Positions 52,139-60,158 of a DNA stretch of 64,000 bases are shown one piece after another (the stretch's first letter is position 1; each line of letters starts with the position of its first letter). The notes under the pieces are model-generated. The model was given only the letters and a program-made list of their open reading frames with translations. It was not told the origin of the DNA and did no database searches. This DNA is from Deltaproteobacteria bacterium (lineage in GTDB: Bacteria > Myxococcota_A > Polyangia > Fen-1088). The DNA is taken from positions 154,240 through 218,239 of the forward strand of contig JANRKS010000028.1 in the NCBI GenBank assembly GCA_033763315.1, given 5' to 3'. The translations under genes were made by a program, and so were the position numbers.

Positions 52139-53776
52139 CTACCTGGTGTTTGCGGCGTTGAGTTTATCGAGACCGCGCCCCACGCGCGCCAAACGGGCCG
52201 GATTGGCGAGATACTCTTCGTACGTCATGTGCATGTCGTAATACTTTTCCCCGTCGAGCTCGATCACCCGCTGGGCCAGCGACTCCATGAACTGAACATC
52301 GTGGCATGAAAACATCATCGAGCTGTCCGTCTTCAATAGGCCGTTGTTCAAAGCCGTAATGGACTCAAGATCCAAATGGTTCGTGGGCTGATCGAGCAGC
52401 AGTGTGTTCGGATCCTGCAGCATCAAGCGCGAAAACATGCACCGCACGCGCTCACCACCCGAAAGGACTTTTACCTTCTTGTGCGCGTCGTCACCTGAGA
52501 ACAACATGCGTCCTAGAAACGATCGGATGAAGCTTTCATCCGTGCCTTCAGGACAATACTGGCGCAGCCACTCAAGCACAGTCTTTTCGCCTGTGAAGTA
52601 TTGGTTGCTGTCTTTCGGGAAATAGCCTTTGTGAACGGACCGGCCCCAAGTCATGGTGCCCGAATCTGGCTGCATCTCACCGGCAAGCACACTGAGCAAT
52701 GCGGACACAGCGCGGTCGTCACCCACCACGGCCACGCGCTCACCACGACCGATGGAGAAGCTGAGGTTCTTGAACATCACTTCGCCGCCGATGGATTTGC
52801 TGAGCTTGTCAACCGTCAGCACTTCTTTGCCCAGCACGCGTTCGGTTTTGAACTGAATGAATGGATACTTGCGCGACGAAGGACGGATGTCGTCCAGCGT
52901 GATCTTGTCCAGCAGGTTGCGGCGTGAAGACGCTTGGCGTGATTTAGACGCGTTCGCGCTGAAGCGGGCGATGAAGGTTTTTAGATCCTTGATCTGTTCT
53001 TCCTTCTTCTTGTTGGCGGCCGACCGCTGGGTCAAGGCCATTTGGCTGGTCTCGTACCAGAACGTGTAGTTGCCGCTGTAAAGCGTGACCTTGCCAAAAT
53101 CAATGTCGGCAATGTGCGTGCACACCTTGTCGAGGAAGTGGCGATCGTGTGAAACCACCACCACCGTATTCTTGAAGTTCAGCAAGAACTCTTCCAGCCA
53201 CAAGATCGAGTCGACGTCCAAGTGATTGGTGGGCTCGTCAAGCAGCAAAATGTCAGGGTTGCCAAACAGCGCCTGCGCCATCAATACGCGCACCTTCTCG
53301 CTGTCGGAAAGTTCCTTGACGGGAAGGTTATGCTTATCGGCGGTGATGCCGAGCTCGCTCAAGAGCTTTGCGGCTTCTGATTCTGCGTCCCAGCCGTTCA
53401 AGTCGGCAAACGCGGCTTCGAGTTCACCCGCGCGCGTGCCATCGGCTTCGCTAAAGTCTGGCTTGGCGTAAAGGGCATCCTTTTCGCTCATGATCTCGAA
53501 CAACTTCTTATGCCCCATGATCACCGTCGTGAGCGCCGGCACCTCGTTGAATGCGAAGTGATCCTGCGACAACATGCTGAGGCGCTTATCAGGTGGGATG
53601 TTGACGCTGCCCGCGGTGGGCTCGATCTTGCCCGCCAAACACTTTAAGAAGGTGGACTTGCCCGCCCCGTTGGCGCCGATGAGGCCATAACAGTTGCCAG
53701 GCGTGAACTTGGCGTCCACCTCTTCGAATAAGGTTTGGCTTCCAAAAGAAACAGACAGGCGCTGGGTCGAAATCAT
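52139..53776 (-). CDS. ABC-F family ATPase (YbiT/YkpA-like)
   Basis: GANGAGKS, LLLDEPTNHLD, VSHDRHFLD, RFSANASKSRQASSR linker, LSGGE; no TM domain. Confidence 0.92.
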   Translation of the reverse strand: MISTQRLSVSFGSQTLFEEVDAKFTPGNCYGLIGANGAGKSTFLKCLAGKIEPTAGSVNIPPDKRLSMLSQDHFAFNEVPALTTVIMGHKKLFEIMSEKDALYAKPDFSEADGTRAGELEAAFADLNGWDAESEAAKLLSELGITADKHNLPVKELSDSEKVRVLMAQALFGNPDILLLDEPTNHLDVDSILWLEEFLLNFKNTVVVVSHDRHFLDKVCTHIADIDFGKVTLYSGNYTFWYETSQMALTQRSAANKKKEEQIKDLKTFIARFSANASKSRQASSRRNLLDKITLDDIRPSSRKYPFIQFKTERVLGKEVLTVDKLSKSIGGEVMFKNLSFSIGRGERVAVVGDDRAVSALLSVLAGEMQPDSGTMTWGRSVHKGYFPKDSNQYFTGEKTVLEWLRQYCPEGTDESFIRSFLGRMLFSGDDAHKKVKVLSGGERVRCMFSRLMLQDPNTLLLDQPTNHLDLESITALNNGLLKTDSSMMFSCHDVQFMESLAQRVIELDGEKYYDMHMTYEEYLANPARLARVGRGLDKLNAANTR

Positions 53777-53934
53777 GGTCTGCCGCGGGTTTACGCCACG
53801 CATGCACCGGGTTCAAGCGATAGGTGGCATTCGGCCGTGGGAAACGCCGAAAAGCCGCAAAAGGGTGGGAGGGGAGCGGGTTTCTGTCATCCGCTCTAAA
53901 GGGCCGCACGGATTGACGCGCGCCACGTTCGCGG

Positions 53935-55335
53935 CTAACTACCGTTGCGTTCAACCAGCGTGAACGCGGCGTCCACCCGCAAAGAGAAGCGGCCACGCGC
54001 CGTGGGCACGAGGCGCACGCTCGGGCATTTTTGTTCCAGGCGCCGTCGCAATAGGATCAAGCGACTTTCGAGGTTGTCCTTGATCTCAGGCAGCGCCAAA
54101 GCCGGATCCAGTCGCAACTCGCGGTTTGTGAATTCGCTGCGCCCTTCACGCTCGTAGCTCGTGAGAATCTTCCACAAGATGCGCCCAGGTACGTTGCGAA
54201 TCAGGTATTGGCCATCCAGGAACACGCAATCGTCGTTGCGGTACAAACAAAATTCGTGTGTTTCCTTAGACGTCGCAGCTGCGGGTGCCGGCGCAGGCAC
54301 GGCAGGCCCACGGGCTTCCTCGGTCTCATCTTGCCCAGCGCTTGCGGTGGCAATGCCCAGCGCCACTTGGCTGGCCACAACCGACAAAAACGCCTCGTGC
54401 CAGGCCTCAAACGTTGCGTCTTCGCGGCTTTGCAGCGCCAACACACCCACCAAGCGATCGCGCACCAACAGCGGCAAAGCCATATGGCTGCGGGCATCGG
54501 GCAGGCCGGGCAGTGGAACCTCGGCATAAAAGCCGCCGCGCATGGCGTTCATCTCGCCTCGCACGTTGCGTGCGTACTTCAATGCACCATCGAGCTTGCA
54601 CACGCGCAACAGGCGCTTCTGTTCCGCCACCGTACCGATCAGCCCTTCGCCCATCGCCACTTCGGCGCCAATGCCGCCACCTCCATAGCCCTTGCTGGCG
54701 ATCGTGAACAAGCGTTTGCCGGTTTCGTCAGGCAACAGCACCATGGAATGCTCGAACCCAAAATCAGTCGCCAGCGTGTCGAGGACGCCTTCAAACAAAC
54801 ATTCCAGATTCGCCGCTTCATTGATGCGCGCTGTGATCCGCTGCAAAGCCCACAGTTCAGAACGTGCCGAGGGAGGCAAGGCGGGCGGCCCGTCAAGATC
54901 GGGCAGCTTCAAATCCACAGGCCGAGGTGCATCCATCACGTGCGCCTCCTCCTCAAGATGCAGCACCTCGTAAATGTCAGACGACAGCAGGCGAAACACA
55001 CCCTTCATACCGGTGTGAGACGCGATGGCATCAATGCGAACGGTCATGGTCTCGAAGATGGGCCCCGCTGTTTCTGAGCGCACGAAACGCAGCCGCAATC
55101 GATAACGTTCAAGCGTGAGTGGATCGTAAACGCTTACGAGCGCGCGTGGGTTCTCTTCTACGTTCTGCGTGGTTTTGTTGAAGAACTGGCGAGACAAAGC
55201 GACGTGCCGTTCATCCACGTAGTGAACGTGGCTCAGGATGCTGACGTTGGGGACGCCGTCCTTTGAGCATGTGGCAATGATGGATGGAATGATGCCATCG
55301 AAGCAGCGGCGAATCGCTTCCAAGGTCACGCTCAT
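53935..55335 (-). CDS. PNPOx-like + GAF + putative winged-helix one-component regulator
   Basis: [18 protein letters not shown]...SRQFFNKT..N; GAF motifs GEGLIGTVA and [13 protein letters not shown]; C-terminal FTNRELRLD...[14 protein letters not shown]...RGRF. Confidence 0.82.
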   Translation of the reverse strand: MSVTLEAIRRCFDGIIPSIIATCSKDGVPNVSILSHVHYVDERHVALSRQFFNKTTQNVEENPRALVSVYDPLTLERYRLRLRFVRSETAGPIFETMTVRIDAIASHTGMKGVFRLLSSDIYEVLHLEEEAHVMDAPRPVDLKLPDLDGPPALPPSARSELWALQRITARINEAANLECLFEGVLDTLATDFGFEHSMVLLPDETGKRLFTIASKGYGGGGIGAEVAMGEGLIGTVAEQKRLLRVCKLDGALKYARNVRGEMNAMRGGFYAEVPLPGLPDARSHMALPLLVRDRLVGVLALQSREDATFEAWHEAFLSVVASQVALGIATASAGQDETEEARGPAVPAPAPAAATSKETHEFCLYRNDDCVFLDGQYLIRNVPGRILWKILTSYEREGRSEFTNRELRLDPALALPEIKDNLESRLILLRRRLEQKCPSVRLVPTARGRFSLRVDAAFTLVERNGS

Positions 55336-55823
55336 TGCCCTTGCCCCCACTGCCGGCCTGCATGCGGGCCTGGCGTTTGCGTATAAACCTCGCGCACACT
55401 TACAGTAACAGCGACGCTTGGCCACCAATGCAGGCGCTTCGCCAAACTGCGAGGCACACCCACAATCGCAAACTGCTCCACAAGCGCGCCCCGGTAATTT
55501 TCCTGCAGAGCTTGATCCGCGTTCTCGCTGTCGCGCACGCTCTGCAACACGCCTTTGAGCTGCACCGTCTTGTCGTCGGACGGCCGGCAGAATGTGCCTG
55601 CGAACAAGCCATTGGCTTTGAGGTTGTTGAGCGTTTCGGCGGCACTGGCTTGCGGTAGATACACCGTGACTGTGGTGCGATCTGGACCAACCTGGACCCC
55701 CATCGCGCTTGCAAGCGCGGGGGTGTTCTGTGCATCACGTGTCGCCACGTAAATGACGACGCCCGAGCTCAGCAGCTCAACGACGGAATCATCCAACCGC
55801 AGGGGGGTGGTCAAAGGCGTCAT
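55332..55823 (-). CDS. Pyridoxamine 5'-phosphate oxidase-like (split-barrel) protein
   Basis: [24 protein letters not shown]; ATGA overlap with the GAF gene. Confidence 0.8.
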   Translation of the reverse strand: MTPLTTPLRLDDSVVELLSSGVVIYVATRDAQNTPALASAMGVQVGPDRTTVTVYLPQASAAETLNNLKANGLFAGTFCRPSDDKTVQLKGVLQSVRDSENADQALQENYRGALVEQFAIVGVPRSLAKRLHWWPSVAVTVSVREVYTQTPGPHAGRQWGQGQ

Positions 55824-55845
55824 GCAGACCCGCAGGATAGCCACT

Positions 55846-55910
55846 TCCTAAACGCCTGCTTAGGATCGTTTTAGGAAATTCTTACGGCCACACGAGGAAA
55901 ATCTTAGGAA
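55846..55910. promoter_or_regulatory. Phased operator array: five TTAGGA-like direct repeats at 11-bp period plus one inverted copy
   Basis: TTAGGA 55860, TTAGGA 55871, TTACGG 55882, CGAGGA 55893, TTAGGA 55904; TCCTAA 55846. Lies in a divergent intergenic region. Confidence 0.75.
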
Positions 55911-55943
55911 ACACCGCGTCGAAAGCTTGGCACTCTTTACTTC

Positions 55944-57008
55944 GTGACAAGCTCACTTGCGCTCAACCGAAACACCCGCCGCTTTGCATGGGCTGCGTTG
56001 TGCGTCGCTGTCGTAGGCCGGCCGCTCAACGCCCCCGCCGATACGCAGGCCAGCTTGCCAAGCACGCTTGTCCAAACCGGTCTGTGCGCTGACCCAGCGT
56101 GCGCAAGAATCGCGGACGACGCCCTGCCATTTTCGCCTCAGTACCCCCTGTGGTCAGACGGCGCCGATAAACGTCGCTGGTTCTCATTGCCGCCCGGTAC
56201 AAAGATCGACGCGCGGCATGCCGACGCGTGGCGGTTTCCCATCGGCACCAAGTTTTGGAAGGAATTTCGCGTCTCGGGTCGCCGGATTGAAACGCGCTAC
56301 ATCACGCGGGCAAAGATTGGTTGGCAGTTCGGCGCTTACGTTTGGAACAGCGACGGCACCCAAGCGCGCTTGGTTTCACAACAGGGCACCACGGCGCACG
56401 TGAATGACCACGTCAGGCATGCGGTGCCTTCAGTGGACGATTGTCGCGCTTGTCATGAAGGCCACGAGCCGCCGGTTCTTGGTTTCAGCCTGCTGCAACT
56501 ATCTACCGATCGAGATCCACTGGCGCCGCACGCGGAGCCGCGCCGCGAAAGCGATGTCGACGTGGCACAACTGCGCGTGCGGGGCTTGATCAAGGGGCTC
56601 TCGCTGGATGCAGATGCCATACGCATCGCTGCCAGCACACCCACAGAGCGCGCGGCCTTGGGTTACCTGCATGCGAACTGCGGCGGCTGCCATAACAGCA
56701 CGGGGCCGCTGTCTTCGCTCGAGCTCTTCTTGATGTCGTCATCGCGTGCGAGCAGCACGCAGCAAACGCGCAACTCGCTATTTGGTGTAACCAGCCACTT
56801 TCAACCAGCGGGGCAAAGCCATATGAGCCGCGCCACGCCGGGGCGGCCCGAGCTTTCAACCCTCGTGGCGCGCATGCGCTCGCGAGATCCTTTCGCACAG
56901 ATGCCGCCCTTGGCCACACAGCTCGTGGACCGCGAAGGCCTCGCGCTGATTGAACACTGGATAGCGACCGATCCCGCCGGGATCACCACAACAAACAAAG
57001 GAAAGTGA
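55944..57008 (+). CDS. Exported diheme c-type cytochrome (SO2930-like)
   Basis: PLWSDGADKRRW, FPIGTKFWKEF, IETR, CRACH, YLHANCGGCH, QMPPL. Confidence 0.82.
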   Translation: MTSSLALNRNTRRFAWAALCVAVVGRPLNAPADTQASLPSTLVQTGLCADPACARIADDALPFSPQYPLWSDGADKRRWFSLPPGTKIDARHADAWRFPIGTKFWKEFRVSGRRIETRYITRAKIGWQFGAYVWNSDGTQARLVSQQGTTAHVNDHVRHAVPSVDDCRACHEGHEPPVLGFSLLQLSTDRDPLAPHAEPRRESDVDVAQLRVRGLIKGLSLDADAIRIAASTPTERAALGYLHANCGGCHNSTGPLSSLELFLMSSSRASSTQQTRNSLFGVTSHFQPAGQSHMSRATPGRPELSTLVARMRSRDPFAQMPPLATQLVDREGLALIEHWIATDPAGITTTNKGK

Positions 57009-57012
57009 CGTC

Positions 57013-57654
57013 ATGAAAAAGCAAACCACCATCACCACATTCGCTGCCCTTTTCGCGTGTGCTTTTGCCAGCGCGAAAACCATGGCCGCTGAGCCCAAAG
57101 CCCCTTTGACCAAACCAGCCGTCGACAAGAGCAAGGAAAACGATCCACGCGTTAAGCGCGGCGGGTACCTTGTGTGGTTTGGTGGCTGCCACGATTGCCA
57201 CACGCCCTTGGTGATGAGCGCCGACGGGCCGTTGCCTGACTTCTCCCGCGCGCTGTCAGGACACCCTGAGCAAATGCAAATGCCGCCGGCCCCCACACCG
57301 CCACCGGGCCCCTGGATCGTATCCGCGGGCGCGACGCTCACAGCGTGGTCAGGCCCGTGGGGCACAAGCTTCACGGCAAACCTGACGCCAGACAAGGAGA
57401 CGGGGTTGGGAAGCTGGACGCCCGAGATGTTCATCGCCACCATGCGCACCGGCAAACACATGGGCCGCGGGCGCAAACTGTTGCCGCCGATGCCGGTGCA
57501 GAATTTGGCCGGTCTGTCGGATGAAGATCTACGCGCCGTCTTCGCCTTCTTGCAGGCGATTCCGCCTGTGAAAAACCGCGTGCCGCAACCATTGCCGCCC
57601 CCTGCACCGGTGACCGCGTCAACTAAAAAAGTGGCCCCCATCGGACAGAATTGA
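57013..57654 (+). CDS. Exported c-type cytochrome
   Basis: Signal peptide, RGGYLV..GGCHDCHTP, GPWG.S..ANLTPDKETGLG.W, PPMP. Confidence 0.88.
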   Translation: MKKQTTITTFAALFACAFASAKTMAAEPKAPLTKPAVDKSKENDPRVKRGGYLVWFGGCHDCHTPLVMSADGPLPDFSRALSGHPEQMQMPPAPTPPPGPWIVSAGATLTAWSGPWGTSFTANLTPDKETGLGSWTPEMFIATMRTGKHMGRGRKLLPPMPVQNLAGLSDEDLRAVFAFLQAIPPVKNRVPQPLPPPAPVTASTKKVAPIGQN

Positions 57655-57689
57655 AAGCCCGCTTGATCGCTTGCTTGCCTTCATCGACG

Positions 57690-58334
57690 CTAGCGGGCCC
57701 TATAGCCCGTCAGCGCAAGCCAGCGCAGGACCGAGGGCCTCGACCAAATTCGGCTGGCGTAATCCGCCAGTGTGGGTGGCACGGGGTCCCCGTTAGACAG
57801 CAAACGCTGGAGCATCATGGCCAGATCGACGTCGGCAATCGAGAAGTCGCTGGCCAAGAATGTTTCAGAACGCTGAATCAATGTGCCCGCGATTCGATGG
57901 AGCCGCTCTGCCGCAGCCGCTGCAACCGGGCTCAACGGTTTAGGCGGCACATTGGCAAACACTGTATCCGTGGAGCGCTCTTCGCGAATCGGAAGGAAGT
58001 CGCTTCGAATCAGCGCTTGCACCATGCGTACGCGGGCACGTTCGTGCAAATCGGCAGGGTAAAGCCGCGCGTATTGCGGTGGCGGAAAGCGCTCTTCCAA
58101 ATATTCAGTGATGGCTGAAGATTCCGATAGCGCGAAACCTTCGTGCACCAACGTGGGAACCCGGTTCGTGAGGGACAATTGAATATGACCGGCTGTGAGG
58201 TGCTCGCCGTTATCCAGTGAGAGCTGAACGAAATCGAACGCCAACCCCTTTTCTGCAAGCGCCACGAACACGCTCATCACGTAAGGGCTGGTCAGGGGTT
58301 TGTTGCCGTAAAGCACGAGATCAGACATGGTCAT
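57690..58334 (-). CDS. yfcF: Glutathione S-transferase, YfcF-like
   Basis: SPYVMSVFVALAEKGL, SLTNRVPTL, LSESSAITEYLEE, LRSD-like IRSDF.PIREERST, SIADVDLA.ML.RL. Confidence 0.85.
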   Translation of the reverse strand: MTMSDLVLYGNKPLTSPYVMSVFVALAEKGLAFDFVQLSLDNGEHLTAGHIQLSLTNRVPTLVHEGFALSESSAITEYLEERFPPPQYARLYPADLHERARVRMVQALIRSDFLPIREERSTDTVFANVPPKPLSPVAAAAAERLHRIAGTLIQRSETFLASDFSIADVDLAMMLQRLLSNGDPVPPTLADYASRIWSRPSVLRWLALTGYRAR

Positions 58335-58346
58335 AACCCTTTTAGC

Positions 58347-58988
58347 TTATGGTGAGAAACCGCCACCACAAACGGTTTCGGGCGCTTGGCTATAGTGATC
58401 GTCAACGAATTTGTTGAGCACTTTGAGCGCCTCCGCGTCTAAACAATCCGCAGTGAACGTCCATCCCCAAGCGGCCGCGGCCACCTTCGTGGCAAGCGCT
58501 GCATCGGGTGTAATGATGAAGCGTTTGTTTGGGCAATCGCGTTCCCCTTTGAAGCCCTGCACGAGCGACGCGAACGCGGATTTCACGTCGCTGCATCCGC
58601 TAGGGCAATTGTGAAGCAACACAACGGCGCCATGCTCAAGGTTGTGAATGTAGTTGCAGCGGGGCAATGCAGGAGCGTCGAACGTTGTGTAGGCGCCCCA
58701 CGTTCCGCAATGTGGGCCAGATGAAGGCGGGTTGGAGTTGTAGATGGCGGGGTCATACGAAGACGCGGCAATGTGAATGCCGCCTTGATCCGCATGCTGC
58801 ATAACGCGCGCGTTGCAAGCACCTGCCGCGATGACGTCGGGCGTGGTGTCCCCACTGGCAGCCTCTTGCGACTGAGCATCGGAGGCGTTTGGTGTGGCGG
58901 CATCCTGGCCACCTTCATCAACCTCAGAGTCGCTGCACGCCACCCACACGAATAAACAAGCGATAAGCATAGGCTTCATGCGCGTCAT
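58347..58988 (-). CDS. DUF3105-family lipoprotein
   Basis: WVAC lipobox, YNSNPPSSGPH, HNLEHGAVV, AAAW, APE; ATGA overlap with the upstream gene. Confidence 0.82.
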   Translation of the reverse strand: MTRMKPMLIACLFVWVACSDSEVDEGGQDAATPNASDAQSQEAASGDTTPDVIAAGACNARVMQHADQGGIHIAASSYDPAIYNSNPPSSGPHCGTWGAYTTFDAPALPRCNYIHNLEHGAVVLLHNCPSGCSDVKSAFASLVQGFKGERDCPNKRFIITPDAALATKVAAAAWGWTFTADCLDAEALKVLNKFVDDHYSQAPETVCGGGFSP

Positions 58989-59632
58989 GATCGGGTTCCC
59001 TGGGCACAAATGCAAGCCGCACGTGCACAGCGGACAGGCCACCACAAAAGCGCGAGCGCCAGAACGACAGGCCACACAAACCGATTGGCTGGCGGTAGCA
59101 CCAGCACTTCGTGCCCGGCCATCAACAGCCATCGTGGTCCGGGGGACAGGACGAAGATTGTGGCCAAACGTTCGGCAAAAACGTTGGCGATGGCAATGTA
59201 GAGCAGGCCCAGGCTTGTCAGCAGCGACAGGGGGGCACCGAGGAGCAGCGCGCGTCGCTTGGCCCGCCAATGGACGGGCGCGGTCAAAGCCACGGCGCCC
59301 AGCAAGGCGAGCGGTATATGCACATCGCGCCTCACGCTGATGCCGAACAGCAGCTCGCCCCGCGTGGCATTGACGGTGACTTGCACAACGGTGTCGGTGG
59401 CAACGGCCTCTTTCACGAGGCGCTCGCTGTCGCTTGCCGGCCGCAGACGCGCGTGGCCTCGCTCGCCGAAGCTCACGCGGTCAAGGATTTGATTCGCCAG
59501 GGCTGCATAGGACACGGAAACAAGATGGCCCAGACCGGGCCAAGGTGCGGCCAGCAAGACCAAGATCAAACTGGCGCGAACAACCCACTTTAAGATTTGT
59601 GGTGAACTAGGTGCGGGCAAGGGAAGGCTCAT
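58985..59632 (-). CDS. Exosortase-associated membrane protein
   Basis: About 4 TM helices; PLALLGAVALTAPVHWRAK parallels the neighbouring exosortase; overlaps the exosortase 3' end. Confidence 0.65.
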   Translation of the reverse strand: MSLPLPAPSSPQILKWVVRASLILVLLAAPWPGLGHLVSVSYAALANQILDRVSFGERGHARLRPASDSERLVKEAVATDTVVQVTVNATRGELLFGISVRRDVHIPLALLGAVALTAPVHWRAKRRALLLGAPLSLLTSLGLLYIAIANVFAERLATIFVLSPGPRWLLMAGHEVLVLPPANRFVWPVVLALALLWWPVRCARAACICAQGTRS

Positions 59633-60158
59633 GCCGAGGGCGCGCGCTGGCCCACGCGGCCCATAAGGCAAACAACGCGATAGAGAGTACGACCAAAATC
59701 ACCTGAAGCACCTCCTCGTGAATGAAGTTGAACGAAGCAGGTGCATAAACGCCCACAAAATAAAGCGCGCCGATGCGCAAAACATTGAAGGCGAAAATGA
59801 TTATGCAACCAACCGCAGCCCCCATCACCCGCTTCCGCCACGCCGCCGGGTAAACGAAAACCGCAGCGACAAACAAGGCTTGGGCATCGAGCGCGGCACA
59901 GTCCAAAACGATTCGAAGGGGGAAAGAGCCTCCAATGTCGTGGCCGTCAACAGTGGCTGCGCCATCAAAAATACGGATGAGGGCGCCAGACACCTGGGCC
60001 ACTTGTTGCAGGTACCAGGTCAGCAGCCGCAAACGAAGGCCGCCGGGCGCCGCGGGCAAGAAGATCAACGCATAAAGCGCGCCTGCCAGCGGCACGCCCC
60101 AGACGATTGACCGCCAGCGCGGCCTTAGGCTTTTCGAGATTTGTGGCTGACCCAACAC
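59607..60158 (-). CDS. Exosortase/archaeosortase family protein (XrtH-like)
   Basis: Catalytic triad pattern Cys (IVLDCAA), Arg (FNVLRI), His (FIHEE); YPAAWRKR. Start approximate (GTG 60158). Confidence 0.82.
   Translation of the reverse strand: MLGQPQISKSLRPRWRSIVWGVPLAGALYALIFLPAAPGGLRLRLLTWYLQQVAQVSGALIRIFDGAATVDGHDIGGSFPLRIVLDCAALDAQALFVAAVFVYPAAWRKRVMGAAVGCIIIFAFNVLRIGALYFVGVYAPASFNFIHEEVLQVILVVLSIALFALWAAWASARPRHEPSLART

Noticed and set aside
55927-55943. Sigma-54 promoter (TTGGCAC) before the cytochrome genes
   Set aside because: The -12 TTGC element is missing at the required spacing; the same applies to TTGGCAC near 2307.
59593-60146. 10-bp direct repeat agatttgtgg flanking the exosortase gene as a target-site duplication
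   Set aside because: Short, inside coding sequence, with no transposase; compatible with chance.
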